From: Actinomycetota bacterium
GTDB lineage: Bacteria; Actinomycetota; Acidimicrobiia; Acidimicrobiales; VFJN01
Length of the DNA stretch: 59,984 nucleotides
Assembly (NCBI GenBank): GCA_046744485.1
Contig: JBKPHE010000054.1
Coordinates: 1 to 59,984 of the forward strand
Reading direction: 5' to 3'
The notes beneath the pieces were generated by a model, which saw only the letters and a program-made list of their open reading frames with translations, was not told the DNA's origin and searched no databases. Both the position numbers and the translations under genes were made by a program. Position 1 is the stretch's first letter; each line of letters starts with the position of its first letter. Below are positions 36,467-45,382 of the stretch, piece after piece.

Positions 36467-36946
36467 CTACTCCACGGTCAACGTGGCGTGCATCCCTTCG
36501 GCGAAGTGGCTCTCGAGCTCGCCGCTCTCTTCCTCCTCGACGACATTGCACAGCAGCACGTAGGTGCCGGCCTCGAGGTCCACGGTCAACTCCGCCGTGT
36601 CCCCGGACTCGATGTCCTCCACCTCGTCGAGAACCTTGTCCTCCCCGAAGGCCGCTTCGTCGAACGCCCCGTCATCGTCGACGGGAAGGTCGTCGGCCGA
36701 GTCGGCGTCGACGACGAGGAACTCGTGGGTCTCTCCCCCCTGGTTGTCGACGACGAACGTGACCTCTCCCGCACCCACCGATTCCGGATCGGGTTCGACC
36801 GTGAATTCGGAGACGACCACGTTCACCTCCTCACCCCCATCGTCATCCCCGCTCGCCTCGTCACCCCCATCGTCATCCCCGCAACCGGCGGCCAACGCCG
36901 CCAACACTGCGACCGCCGCTGCCACGGGCAAGGTTGTTCTCCTCAT
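36467..36946 (-). CDS. cupredoxin-like lipoprotein, very acidic
   Basis: ATG 36946 follows GGAAGGGAGGGG. Lipobox LAALAAGCGDD. Motifs: GAGEVTFVVDNQGGETHEF and YVLLCNVVEEEESGELESHFAEGM. Confidence 0.78.
   Translation of the reverse strand: MRRTTLPVAAAVAVLAALAAGCGDDDGGDEASGDDDGGEEVNVVVSEFTVEPDPESVGAGEVTFVVDNQGGETHEFLVVDADSADDLPVDDDGAFDEAAFGEDKVLDEVEDIESGDTAELTVDLEAGTYVLLCNVVEEEESGELESHFAEGMHATLTVE
36831..36890 (-). repeat. 2 x 30-bp tandem duplication in the lipoprotein linker
   Basis: tcacccccatcgtcatccccgc occurs at 36831 and again at 36861. It encodes GDDDGGDEAS-GDDDGGEE. Confidence 0.85.
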
Positions 36947-37050
36947 GACCCCTCCCTTCCAGGATGGCCCGAAACCTAAGCACTCCGGCGGTGGATTGCC
37001 AGGGTCCAAAGTCCCGAAAGCGGTGTGCCCTCTGGGAGTAGCCGGACGGC

Positions 37051-37752
37051 CTACACGCCCAGGTAGCTGGCGTGGAGCAGCTCGGGGTGATCGGCCAGCT
37101 CGGCCCCGCTACCCCGGGCGACGACCTCCCCGTGGACGAGCACCACGGCCGAATCGGCGATCGACAGCGCCACTTGCACGTGCTGCTCGACGAGCAGCAC
37201 GCCGACGCCGAGATCGTCGGCAACCCGTCGGATCACACCGGCGAGCTGGTCGACGACGATCGGTGCCAGCCCCAGGCTCATCTCGTCGACGAGGAGGAGC
37301 TGGGGGCGACCGACGAGGGCTCGTGCGATGACGAGCATCTGCTGTTCGCCACCGGACAGGAGGCCCACCCGCCGGTCCGCAAGCGGTCCGAGCGCCGGGA
37401 AGTAGTCGGCCACGTTCGCACCACCGATGTCCCGCCGCCGGGAGGCCAGCCACAGGTTGTCGCGCACGGTGAGCCCGCCGAAGAGCGCGCGGTCCTCGGT
37501 GACGTAGCCCAGCCCCCGACGGGCGTTCAGCTGCGGCGATCGCGTGTCCACCGGGCCGCCCAGCAGCCGGACCTCGCCGCCCAGCGCAGGGAGCAATCCG
37601 GCCACCGTCATCAGTGTGGTGGTCTTGCCAGCCCCGTTCGGGCCCAGCAGCGCCACCACCTCGCCGGGCGAGACGCTGAAGGTGAGGTCGCGCACCACGA
37701 CCGAACGGCCATAGCCGGCCCGGAGGTTCCGCACCTCGAGCAGGGGGCTCAT
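37051..37752 (-). CDS. livF: branched-chain-type ABC transporter ATP-binding protein (LivF-like)
   Basis: [29 protein letters not shown] 37752 overlaps the upstream stop (ATGA). Confidence 0.92.
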   Translation of the reverse strand: MSPLLEVRNLRAGYGRSVVVRDLTFSVSPGEVVALLGPNGAGKTTTLMTVAGLLPALGGEVRLLGGPVDTRSPQLNARRGLGYVTEDRALFGGLTVRDNLWLASRRRDIGGANVADYFPALGPLADRRVGLLSGGEQQMLVIARALVGRPQLLLVDEMSLGLAPIVVDQLAGVIRRVADDLGVGVLLVEQHVQVALSIADSAVVLVHGEVVARGSGAELADHPELLHASYLGV

Positions 37753-38525
37753 ACGTGGGCACCCCTGCGGGCGGCCTCGGCCGAGCCGATGCCGAGGTAG
37801 GCGGCGGCGACCCGCTCGTGCCTGCGGACCTCATCGGGGGTGCCGCTGGCGATGTGGCGTCCCTGCTCGATCACGTGCACCCGATCGCACACGTTGAGCA
37901 CCAGGTCCATGTCGTGATCGACCAGCAGCACGGTGGTGCCCGCCTCGACGATTGCCCGAAGCCTCTGGCCCAGGCCACGGCTCTCGGCGGTGTCGAGACC
38001 GGCGGCCGGCTCGTCGAGCAGGAGCAGCTTGGGACCGGAGACCAGCGCACGGCACAGACCCACCAGCTTGCGCTCGCCCTCGGACAACTCGTCGGTCCCC
38101 TGATCCACCAGGTGGCCGATGCCCACCAGCTCGACGGCGCGATCGACCCGACCGGCCGAGGACACCCGGCGCGGAGCGACCAGGTCACGGAGCGCTTCCC
38201 AGACCGTCACGTGGTCCGCGGCCACCAGGAGGTTGCCACGCACATCGAGGTCGTCGAAAAGCTCGACCGTCTGGAAGCTGCGCACGAGGCCTCGCCGCGC
38301 CCGCTCGTGGGGAGGAAGGCGGTCGAGCGTCACATCGCCGAGGACGACGGAGCCCTCGTAGGCGACGAAGCCCGACAACGCGTCGATGAGGCTGGTCTTG
38401 CCCGCCCCGTTGGGCCCGATGAGCCCGACGAGGGTCCCCGCGTCGACGTCGAGCGTCACGCCGTCGACCGCGCGCACCCCGCCATAGCTGACCGTGAGCG
38501 ACCTCGCGTGGAGAAGCACGGTCAC
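37749..38525 (-). CDS. livG: branched-chain-type ABC transporter ATP-binding protein (LivG-like)
   Basis: [28 protein letters not shown]. 258 aa. Confidence 0.92.
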   Translation of the reverse strand: MTVLLHARSLTVSYGGVRAVDGVTLDVDAGTLVGLIGPNGAGKTSLIDALSGFVAYEGSVVLGDVTLDRLPPHERARRGLVRSFQTVELFDDLDVRGNLLVAADHVTVWEALRDLVAPRRVSSAGRVDRAVELVGIGHLVDQGTDELSEGERKLVGLCRALVSGPKLLLLDEPAAGLDTAESRGLGQRLRAIVEAGTTVLLVDHDMDLVLNVCDRVHVIEQGRHIASGTPDEVRRHERVAAAYLGIGSAEAARRGAHV

Positions 38526-38529
38526 GGCA

Positions 38530-38712
38530 CTACAACCCCGCCTGCGAGGACGGGTCGGGAGCGCTCACCGCCTGCTGCAGCAGGGCCAACAGCCCGATCC
38601 AGCCGACGAAGGCATGCGTTCCGTCGGGACCCGCCAGCGTGCCGCTCACCTGCAGGCCGTCACCCTCGATCGCCCCGTGGTCCACGTCGATGTCGAGCTC
38701 GAGTCGCGGCAT
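38530..38712 (-). CDS. small hypothetical protein (60 aa)
   Basis: ATG 38712 lies 8 nt after TAGGAGG. Third-position GC is very high. MPRLELDIDVDHGAIEGDGLQVSGTLAGPDGTHAFVGWIGLLALLQQAV. It sits 4 bp upstream of livG and 12 bp downstream of the hydrolase gene. Confidence 0.55.
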   Translation of the reverse strand: MPRLELDIDVDHGAIEGDGLQVSGTLAGPDGTHAFVGWIGLLALLQQAVSAPDPSSQAGL

Positions 38713-38724
38713 CGTCGCCACCTC

Positions 38725-39942
38725 CTACCGGACCCAGGACTGGTACTTGGTCCGCCGGTAGCCCAGCGCACGGTAGGTGGCATCGACCAGTGACTGGCCG
38801 GTCCGCCCGAGTCCCGTGTCGGCCGACATCTGGTTCATCACGTAGCCGAATGACATCTCGCAGCCGGGGTCCGCAAAGCCGATCGATCCGCCGTGCCCGG
38901 TGTGGCCGAAGGCTTCCTCGCTCAACGAGATCACGACCGGAGGGTCCACGCCACGGGGCGTGTAGCCGGCCTTGAGGAATCCGAGCGTCCAGCGACCGGG
39001 GCCGAACAGGACGGCGTCCTCACCGCCGGCGGACTGCACTGCGCTCATCCGGGCGACGTCCTCGGCATCGAGGCGGTAACGGCCGATCCGGCCGTCGTGG
39101 ACGATCGCCCGGTACAGGCCGGCCAGCCCCCTCGCGTTCGTCACGCCGCCCGACGCAGGCAGTTCTGCCGCCAGTGCGGCCGGCGAGTCCCACTCACCGG
39201 GCACGAGGTAGCCGCCGTTGTTCTGCATGACCAGCCACGGGATCGAGCCCTGCTCGGTCATCGCCTGGAGCATGAAGCGGGGGACCGGGTCGCCAGGCTG
39301 CGGGGCGGGCGGGGGCGTGAGGCTGGCGACCCGAGGAGTGAGGGCTTCGGGTAGGCCGATGTAGAGGTCGAGTCCGAGGGGGTCGGCGATCTCGTCGGCG
39401 ACGAACCGGCCGATGCTCCGTCCGGACACCCGGCGCACCACCTCGCCCACGAGGAACCCGAAGGTGAGGGCGTGGTAGCCGTGCCGCGTGCCCGGATCCC
39501 AGAAGGGGCGTTCGGCGGCCAGGCGTTCGACCATGTCGTCCCAGTCGTAGAACCCGCCCGGCGGCACGGGATCACGCACGGCCGGCAGGCCGGCCTGGTG
39601 GGAGAGGAGGTGGCGGACGAGTACGCCGTCCTTTCCCGCGGCTGCGAACTCCGGCCAGTAAGTGGCGACGGGCTCGTCGACGTCGAGCTCACCCGCGCTG
39701 GCAAGCAGGTGCGCCGCCAGCGAGGTGGCGCCCTTGGTTGACGACATGGCCACGCAGAGCGTGTCCTTGTCCCAGGCGCGGCTCCGGACGGGGTCGGCAT
39801 GGCCGCCCCACAGGTCCACCACCGTCTCACCACCGACGGTGACGGCGACCGATGCCCCCAGCTCGCCTCGCTCGCCGAAGTTGCGCTCGAACTCGCGGCC
39901 GACGTCGGCGAAGCGCTCGTCGCAGTGGCCCTGCACATCCAT
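38725..39942 (-). CDS. serine hydrolase, beta-lactamase/EstB (class C-like) family
   Basis: ATG 39942. SxxK motif in AMSSTKGATSLAAHLL. LLSHQAGLP. 405 aa. Confidence 0.9.
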   Translation of the reverse strand: MDVQGHCDERFADVGREFERNFGERGELGASVAVTVGGETVVDLWGGHADPVRSRAWDKDTLCVAMSSTKGATSLAAHLLASAGELDVDEPVATYWPEFAAAGKDGVLVRHLLSHQAGLPAVRDPVPPGGFYDWDDMVERLAAERPFWDPGTRHGYHALTFGFLVGEVVRRVSGRSIGRFVADEIADPLGLDLYIGLPEALTPRVASLTPPPAPQPGDPVPRFMLQAMTEQGSIPWLVMQNNGGYLVPGEWDSPAALAAELPASGGVTNARGLAGLYRAIVHDGRIGRYRLDAEDVARMSAVQSAGGEDAVLFGPGRWTLGFLKAGYTPRGVDPPVVISLSEEAFGHTGHGGSIGFADPGCEMSFGYVMNQMSADTGLGRTGQSLVDATYRALGYRRTKYQSWVR

Positions 39943-40055
39943 TCCGCACACCCCCTCGTCATCCCTCTGTCCATATCGTGCTCGCTCGCGGGGGATGGGC
40001 GTAGTGGGGGCCTCCCTACACATCCGGTCCTACACTCCGGCGCGAAAGGGGGAGC

Positions 40056-42884
40056 GTGTCGCCGGAAGGGCCGCGAGGGACGCCACCGCTCGTCGGACGC
40101 GAGCTCGACCTCGCGGTGGCCCTCCAGCAGCTCGATCGCATCGAGGGGGGAAGGCCGGCGGCCCTCCTGGTCCGCGGCGACGCGGGCATCGGCAAGTCTC
40201 GGCTCGTCGCCGAGCTGGCCAGCCGCGCCGGGCAGCGCGGGTACCCCGTCGTGGTGGGACGTGCCGACGATCTCGACCACGGCATCCCGTTCGCCGTGTT
40301 CCGGGACGTCCTCACCAGGCTGGTGCCCGACGGGGCGGTTGCCGCCCGCGCTGAGGCGTTGCGGGCCGAGATCGAGCGAACCGGGGATGAAGCCGCGGAC
40401 GCCGAGCATCTGTCGGCCGTGTTCGCCGCCGCCGTCGGGCTCGTCCGGGCGGTGGGCGAGGGGGCACCGGTCGTGCTGGTGCTGGAGGACCTCCACGCCG
40501 CCGACGGCGAGTCGCTGGCCCTGGCAGCGTTGCTCGTCCGCCTCGCCGACCTGCCCGTGCTCACCGTCGCCACGCTGCGGCCCGGGGGAGGCGCGACCGA
40601 GCTCGACCGGCTGGGCGAGCGGATGGCGTTCGACGGCCGGGCCGCCGTTGTCGACCTCGAGCCGCTCGACCGACAGGAGACGCGCACCCTGGTCGCCGCC
40701 GTGATCGGTGCCGAGCCAGACGACCAGCTGACGGACGCGGTCGTCGAGGCCAGCCGGGGCAACCCGTTCTTCGTGTGCGAGGTGGCGCAGTCGCTCGTCG
40801 ATGGCCGCGCCATCGCCGCCGACGGTCGGCGGGCCAGCCTGGTCGCCGATGCACTGGCGGTGGGCCTGCGTCCGTCGACTGCGCTCCTGCGTCGGTTGTT
40901 CGTGGGCGCCGCCTCCGACGTCGAGTTGGCCAAGGTGATGGCGGTCTTCGGCCGGTTCTCCCTTCGCCACCTCGGGCTGGCCGAACGCCTGACCGGCATG
41001 CCGTCGGACGCGGTGACCAGGTCGTTCGACAGGCTCGTCAAGGCGGGTCTGCTGGCCCATGCCGCCGATGGGGGCTACGAGTTCACCCACTCGATCGTTC
41101 GCACGACGCTCTACGACGACATCGGTCCGGCCGAGCGTCGCCGCATCCACGCTGCGATCGCCACCGAGCTCGCGGCCGAGCGGCGTGCCGGCATGGTCCT
41201 CGACATCCTGGACCTGGCCACACACGTGGCTGCGTCCGCGCGGCCTGGCGACACGGCGGCGGCGGAGGTGCTGCTCGACGCCGGGCGGGCCATCGGCTCG
41301 ACCGCACCACTGGTGTCGGCCGACTACCACCGTCGGGCGCTCGGGCTGCTGCCCGTGGACTCACCACAGCGTCCGGAGGCGATGGCACTCCAGGCCCGCG
41401 CCCTCCACGTGGGCGCCCGCCCGCGAGAGGCCGCCGCGGTGGGGCGCGACGCACTGCGGGTCCTGGCGTCGGGGACGGTTCGCCACGGCACGGTGGCCCT
41501 GGTCGTCAACGACCTCTACCTGGACGGGCGTCCGGGGGACGCGCTCGAGGTCATCGAGGCCGAGCTGGGGCTGGGCGGAGCGCCGTGCCCATTGCTGGCG
41601 ATGCGCACCAACCTGCTGCTCCAGACCGGCCGCTACGCCGAGGCGAGCGCGGCGTTCACCGACGCGGTGGGCAGCCTCGATGGCCGGGAGGTCACGCCGG
41701 CGGCGGAGTTGATGGCCCTCGCCCACCTCGTGCAGTACGCGAACCACGTGGGTGAGGTGTGGCGAGCCGCCGAACTGCTGTGTCGGGTCGAGGTGTTGGC
41801 CGAACGGGCGTCGCGAACCGTCAGCGTGGCGGCTCACGAACTGGTTGCGTATGCCGACTGGCGTCCCGGGCTGCTGGCCCGGATCGACGAGCACCTCGCG
41901 GCCGCCGCCGCGATGCGCCCCGAGGGTGCCGCCGTGTCCATCGGAGGCAGCTCCGAGAGCGTGCGCGTGCGGGCGCTGTGGATGCGGGGTGAGTGGGACG
42001 ACGCGCTGGGGTTGATCGGCAGCGCGGGATTCGACCTCGAGCAACGGGGGGCGGTGGCGTCGGCGCAGCTGCTGGCCTGCGCGGCGTGTGAGTTGTACGT
42101 CGACCGCGGTGACGTCGATGCCGCCGTGGCCGCCCTGCAGGTCGATGACGACACGATCCTCTCGGTGACCCGGCACGCCGCCCTGGCACGGGCGCGCGTG
42201 CGCCACGCGCTGGGTGAGCCCGACGTCGCGCTCGACCTCCTGGACCGCGAGCGGGCCAAGGCGTCCACCCCGGGCGGGAGCGTGTGGAAGCACGCCGAGA
42301 TCCTGCGGCTCGCCGTCGACATCCACGCCGAGGCGGGGCGCGTCGACGAAGCGCGCACTGCCGCCTCCGAGCTGGAGGCGCTGGCCGGGCGCACCGGATG
42401 GCCCGAATGCCAGGTGCCGGCGCTTCGGGCCCGTGCCCTCGTCGATCGGGACGTTGATGTCGCCCGCGCGTACAGGGACCTGGCCGCCGCCGAGGATTGG
42501 GGAGTCGAGCGCGCACACGCGCTGCTGGTGCTCGGTGAGCTGGGAGACGACACGGCGCGGCACCTCAACGAGGCCTACAAGGCGTTCGATGCGTTCGGCG
42601 CCGCGCCCTGGCGGCGGCGAGCCGCGGCCGGTCTCCGCGCCCAGGGGCTGACGGTTCCTCGTCGGGTTGCGCAGCCTGCATCCGACCTGACGGACACCGA
42701 GGTCCAGCTGGTGCGGCTCGTGCGCCAGGGGCTGTCCAACCGTCAGATCGCAACGGCCATGCACTACAGCAGGAAGACGATCGAGGTGTACCTGTCGCGC
42801 GTCTACGCCAAGACGGGCTGTGCGTCCCGGCTCGAGCTGATCCGCGCCGTCGATACCGGCGCGGTACGGCTGGCCGACGCGTGA
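40056..42884 (+). CDS. LAL-type LuxR family transcriptional regulator (AAA ATPase + repeats + HTH)
   Basis: Walker A GDAGIGKS and Walker B VLVLEDLH. C-terminal HTH is LTDTEVQLVRLVRQGLSNRQIATAMHYSRKTIEVYLSRVYAKTG. 942 aa. Confidence 0.9.
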   Translation: MSPEGPRGTPPLVGRELDLAVALQQLDRIEGGRPAALLVRGDAGIGKSRLVAELASRAGQRGYPVVVGRADDLDHGIPFAVFRDVLTRLVPDGAVAARAEALRAEIERTGDEAADAEHLSAVFAAAVGLVRAVGEGAPVVLVLEDLHAADGESLALAALLVRLADLPVLTVATLRPGGGATELDRLGERMAFDGRAAVVDLEPLDRQETRTLVAAVIGAEPDDQLTDAVVEASRGNPFFVCEVAQSLVDGRAIAADGRRASLVADALAVGLRPSTALLRRLFVGAASDVELAKVMAVFGRFSLRHLGLAERLTGMPSDAVTRSFDRLVKAGLLAHAADGGYEFTHSIVRTTLYDDIGPAERRRIHAAIATELAAERRAGMVLDILDLATHVAASARPGDTAAAEVLLDAGRAIGSTAPLVSADYHRRALGLLPVDSPQRPEAMALQARALHVGARPREAAAVGRDALRVLASGTVRHGTVALVVNDLYLDGRPGDALEVIEAELGLGGAPCPLLAMRTNLLLQTGRYAEASAAFTDAVGSLDGREVTPAAELMALAHLVQYANHVGEVWRAAELLCRVEVLAERASRTVSVAAHELVAYADWRPGLLARIDEHLAAAAAMRPEGAAVSIGGSSESVRVRALWMRGEWDDALGLIGSAGFDLEQRGAVASAQLLACAACELYVDRGDVDAAVAALQVDDDTILSVTRHAALARARVRHALGEPDVALDLLDRERAKASTPGGSVWKHAEILRLAVDIHAEAGRVDEARTAASELEALAGRTGWPECQVPALRARALVDRDVDVARAYRDLAAAEDWGVERAHALLVLGELGDDTARHLNEAYKAFDAFGAAPWRRRAAAGLRAQGLTVPRRVAQPASDLTDTEVQLVRLVRQGLSNRQIATAMHYSRKTIEVYLSRVYAKTGCASRLELIRAVDTGAVRLADA

Positions 42885-43032
42885 CGGGTTGAGCACGCTG
42901 GCGCCCGATCCTGCCGGGACAGTCGAGTATCGGCGGATGGGGAGTCGGCCGGCACCTGGTTGACGCCGTCGCACCTGCCGCCGGATCCCACCCGCGCTCG
43001 CCACTCGGTCGCCCGGAGCGGATAATCACGCC

Positions 43033-43395
43033 ATGGCCCTCGAGCCGCGCATGGTGTTCCTGGGATTTGGCAAGTTCGCTCGCGCCGACAAGATCTACGC
43101 CCTCGAACCGCTGCGGGGCGACCAGCGTGGCGACGGGCGGCGCACCAACGTCTGGGTCGAGGGCATCGACGGGCCGATCGTCGCGTCGCGGACGGAGCGG
43201 ACGATCCTCCACGACATGGGCCAAGACCCGGCGGCACAGGCCCCGATCGTCGACGAGGCGCTCGACCTGGCCGAACGCCTGGTCGCCGCGGCCGACGCCG
43301 GTCGGGTCGATCTCGGCGACCTCGGCCGTCGGGCCCGCCACCTGCTCGCCGCGACGACCGCGCCGACCCGAGAAGCTCCCGACGGTCGCGGCTGA
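43033..43395 (+). CDS. hypothetical protein with RemA/DUF370-like N-terminal motif
   Basis: MVFLGFGKFARADKIYALEP...GRRTNVWVEGIDGPIVASRTERTILHDM. From memory this resembles B. subtilis RemA (INIGFGN..SANR..AIVSP...YGRRTRAV....DH.ILSAVQPETV). ATG 43051 is an alternative start. Confidence 0.65.
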   Translation: MALEPRMVFLGFGKFARADKIYALEPLRGDQRGDGRRTNVWVEGIDGPIVASRTERTILHDMGQDPAAQAPIVDEALDLAERLVAAADAGRVDLGDLGRRARHLLAATTAPTREAPDGRG

Positions 43396-43427
43396 GGCGT
43401 AGGCGCGGGCCCGTTCGGCTCTGGTCC

Positions 43428-43961
43428 TCAGGCCGTCAGCAGGCGATCGAAGAACGAGCGATAGCGCTGGAACGTCACGCGCAACTCCTCGGTCGAGACG
43501 TCGTCCCCGTCTCCCGGGCGCGCATCGAACGCCTCGAGCTCGGTGGTGAGCCTGCGCGTCAGGTCGTCCATGACCTCGGTCAGCAACTCACCCGCGCTCT
43601 GAACCGCGCGGCCGGGTTCGTCGACGAACGCGGTCTGGATCTCGTACCAGCGGTCCTGGTAGCTGGTTGCGTCGACCAGCAGCGGCGCGTCGCCACCGGA
43701 CGCAACGTTGCCCGTGGCGGGGCCGGTGCCCGGCGGCACGGTGTCGGACGGATCACCGCCCACGACAGTGTCGTCCTCCGCGGCTCGGGCGGGCTCCGTC
43801 TCGGGCTCTTCCGCCGGCGAAGGCTCCCGCTCGCTGGGCAGCGGGGATTCGTCCTCCTCTCCGATCTCCTCCATCTCGGGTTCGTCGGCGGACTCTTCCG
43901 GTGCGAACACGTCGGTCGCGGGAACGCGATCGTCGGTGCGGTCTGCTTCGTTCGTGGTCAT
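43428..43961 (-). CDS. acidic hypothetical protein, paralog of the next gene
   Basis: Disordered D/E/P-rich N-terminus, then YQDRWYEIQTAFVDEPGRAVQSAGELL...TEELRVTFQRYRSFFDRLL. Confidence 0.75.
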   Translation of the reverse strand: MTTNEADRTDDRVPATDVFAPEESADEPEMEEIGEEDESPLPSEREPSPAEEPETEPARAAEDDTVVGGDPSDTVPPGTGPATGNVASGGDAPLLVDATSYQDRWYEIQTAFVDEPGRAVQSAGELLTEVMDDLTRRLTTELEAFDARPGDGDDVSTEELRVTFQRYRSFFDRLLTA

Positions 43962-43975
43962 TGCGTCCTCCCTCC

Positions 43976-44593
43976 TCAGCGCACGTCGTGCTCACGGGGC
44001 ACGTCGTGCTCATCGGCCATGTCCCGGTCGTACCCGCGGTCCTCGTCGGTCGCAGCGTCCCGATCGACGCCGCCGCCCTCGGTCAACAGATCGTCGAACA
44101 GGGCGCGGTAACGCTGGAACGCCTCGCGCAGTTCGTCGACCGACGCCGAATCGTTGCCGCTCTGGCGCTGAATGGTGTGCGCCGCGCGGTAGTTCTCGGC
44201 GAGCTCCGGATGATCGACGGAAACCATCTCGAGGCGCTCGTCGAACTCGTCGACCGGGTAGCCGCGCTGACGCATCACCTCTTGCACCAGCCGGTCCGCG
44301 TCGTCGACCGCCCAAAGGGGGTCGTCGACGAACCCGGACTGGACGTCGCGCCACCGGGCTGCGAACTCCGACCTGTCCTCATGTGACAGCTCGCGGATCT
44401 CCAACTCGTCGCGTCGTTTGGCCCGGTCACGGAGAGACGCCTCGGCGGCGCGGCGGCCACCCTCTTCATCCAGCGTGCGGTCGTACTCCGGTCCGAAACG
44501 CCGCTTCAACGCTTCCGAACGCCTCCAGCCCAACGCCAGGGCCGCCAGCGCGAGCACGACGACGACGGCTACTACAACGATCACCCAAGTCAT
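43976..44593 (-). CDS. membrane-anchored hypothetical protein, paralog of the previous gene
   Basis: TM anchor WVIVVVAVVVVLALAALALGW, then RRFGPEYDR...FAARWRDVQSGFVDDPLWAVDDADRLV...VDELREAFQRYRALFDDLL. Confidence 0.8.
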   Translation of the reverse strand: MTWVIVVVAVVVVLALAALALGWRRSEALKRRFGPEYDRTLDEEGGRRAAEASLRDRAKRRDELEIRELSHEDRSEFAARWRDVQSGFVDDPLWAVDDADRLVQEVMRQRGYPVDEFDERLEMVSVDHPELAENYRAAHTIQRQSGNDSASVDELREAFQRYRALFDDLLTEGGGVDRDAATDEDRGYDRDMADEHDVPREHDVR

Positions 44594-44682
44594 GAGGAAA
44601 CCTCCCTCTTCGCCGGCCGTCGTCTACCCGCCGGCGAGGCGCCTCATAACCTCCGGACGAAGGATCCCGTGCGCGATCGTGC

Positions 44683-45330
44683 GTGTGGTCGCGCCACGAT
44701 GGGCGGGTGCCGGAGTCGAATCGGGTGAACCCGTGGGGCGAGATCGTGGCCATCGACCAGCGCGGCCTGTTCGTGGGCAACCGGGGATGCGTGCACCGCG
44801 ACCGGCGGATCGTGCGGCCTTGGCAGGTGCGCCGGTGGATCACCTGCGTGCTCGAGTACAAGGGCTGGGTGGCGCCGAAGTGGGAGCCCGGCCGTTGGAC
44901 GCCGCTGTTCTTCTGGGACGAAGCCGTCGCGCTGGCCGCGGGTCACCGACCGTGCGCCCTGTGCCGCCGTGCCGACTTCAACGCCTGGCTCGACGGGTGG
45001 GAGTCGGCGTTCGGAGAGCGACCCCGGGTGGATCCCATGGACCGCCGCCTGCACTCCGACCGCCGCGACGGGAAGGTGCAGCGCCGCCACACCCGTGCCT
45101 GGACCGACCTGCCGGTCGGTGCATTCGTCGTCACCGACGAGCCGGGCCGCGGCGGGGGCGTGGTGGCCGCGCTCGTGCTCGGGGAACGCTTGGTGCCGTG
45201 GTCACCCGGCGGCTACGGCCCAGCGTTCGAACGCCCGGGTCGCGGCGACGCCGTCGTGCTCACGCCCCGGGCCACGACCGACGTCCTGAGCCACGGCTAC
45301 CGCCCCGTGGTCCACCCCTCGGCGAGCTGA
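44683..45330 (+). CDS. conserved hypothetical protein (Cys-containing, HRPCALCRR motif)
   Basis: NPWGEIVAIDQRGLFVGNRGCVH...WITCVLEYKGW...LFFWDEAVALAAGHRPCALCRR. I recognise this as a recurrent family of unknown function. Confidence 0.75.
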   Translation: MWSRHDGRVPESNRVNPWGEIVAIDQRGLFVGNRGCVHRDRRIVRPWQVRRWITCVLEYKGWVAPKWEPGRWTPLFFWDEAVALAAGHRPCALCRRADFNAWLDGWESAFGERPRVDPMDRRLHSDRRDGKVQRRHTRAWTDLPVGAFVVTDEPGRGGGVVAALVLGERLVPWSPGGYGPAFERPGRGDAVVLTPRATTDVLSHGYRPVVHPSAS

Positions 45331-45382
45331 CGGGGGTCGGATGCACGTGCGAGAGCAGGTTCAGCGGCCGCTGGGTGGGGAG

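Noticed and set aside
39258-41330. 690-aa minus-strand ORF spanning the hydrolase/LuxR boundary, and similar shadows 41361..43004 (-), 48520..50625 (-) and 58126..59283 (-)
   Set aside because: They have no motifs and Arg/Gly/Pro-rich composition, and each overlaps a gene with clear family signatures on the other frame or strand.
40056-42884. LAL/LuxR ATPase as a STAND-type anti-phage sensor
   Set aside because: It has the standard LAL layout with a C-terminal LuxR HTH and sits next to a catabolic or transport locus. No nuclease, TIR, Sir2 or other effector domain is in or beside it.
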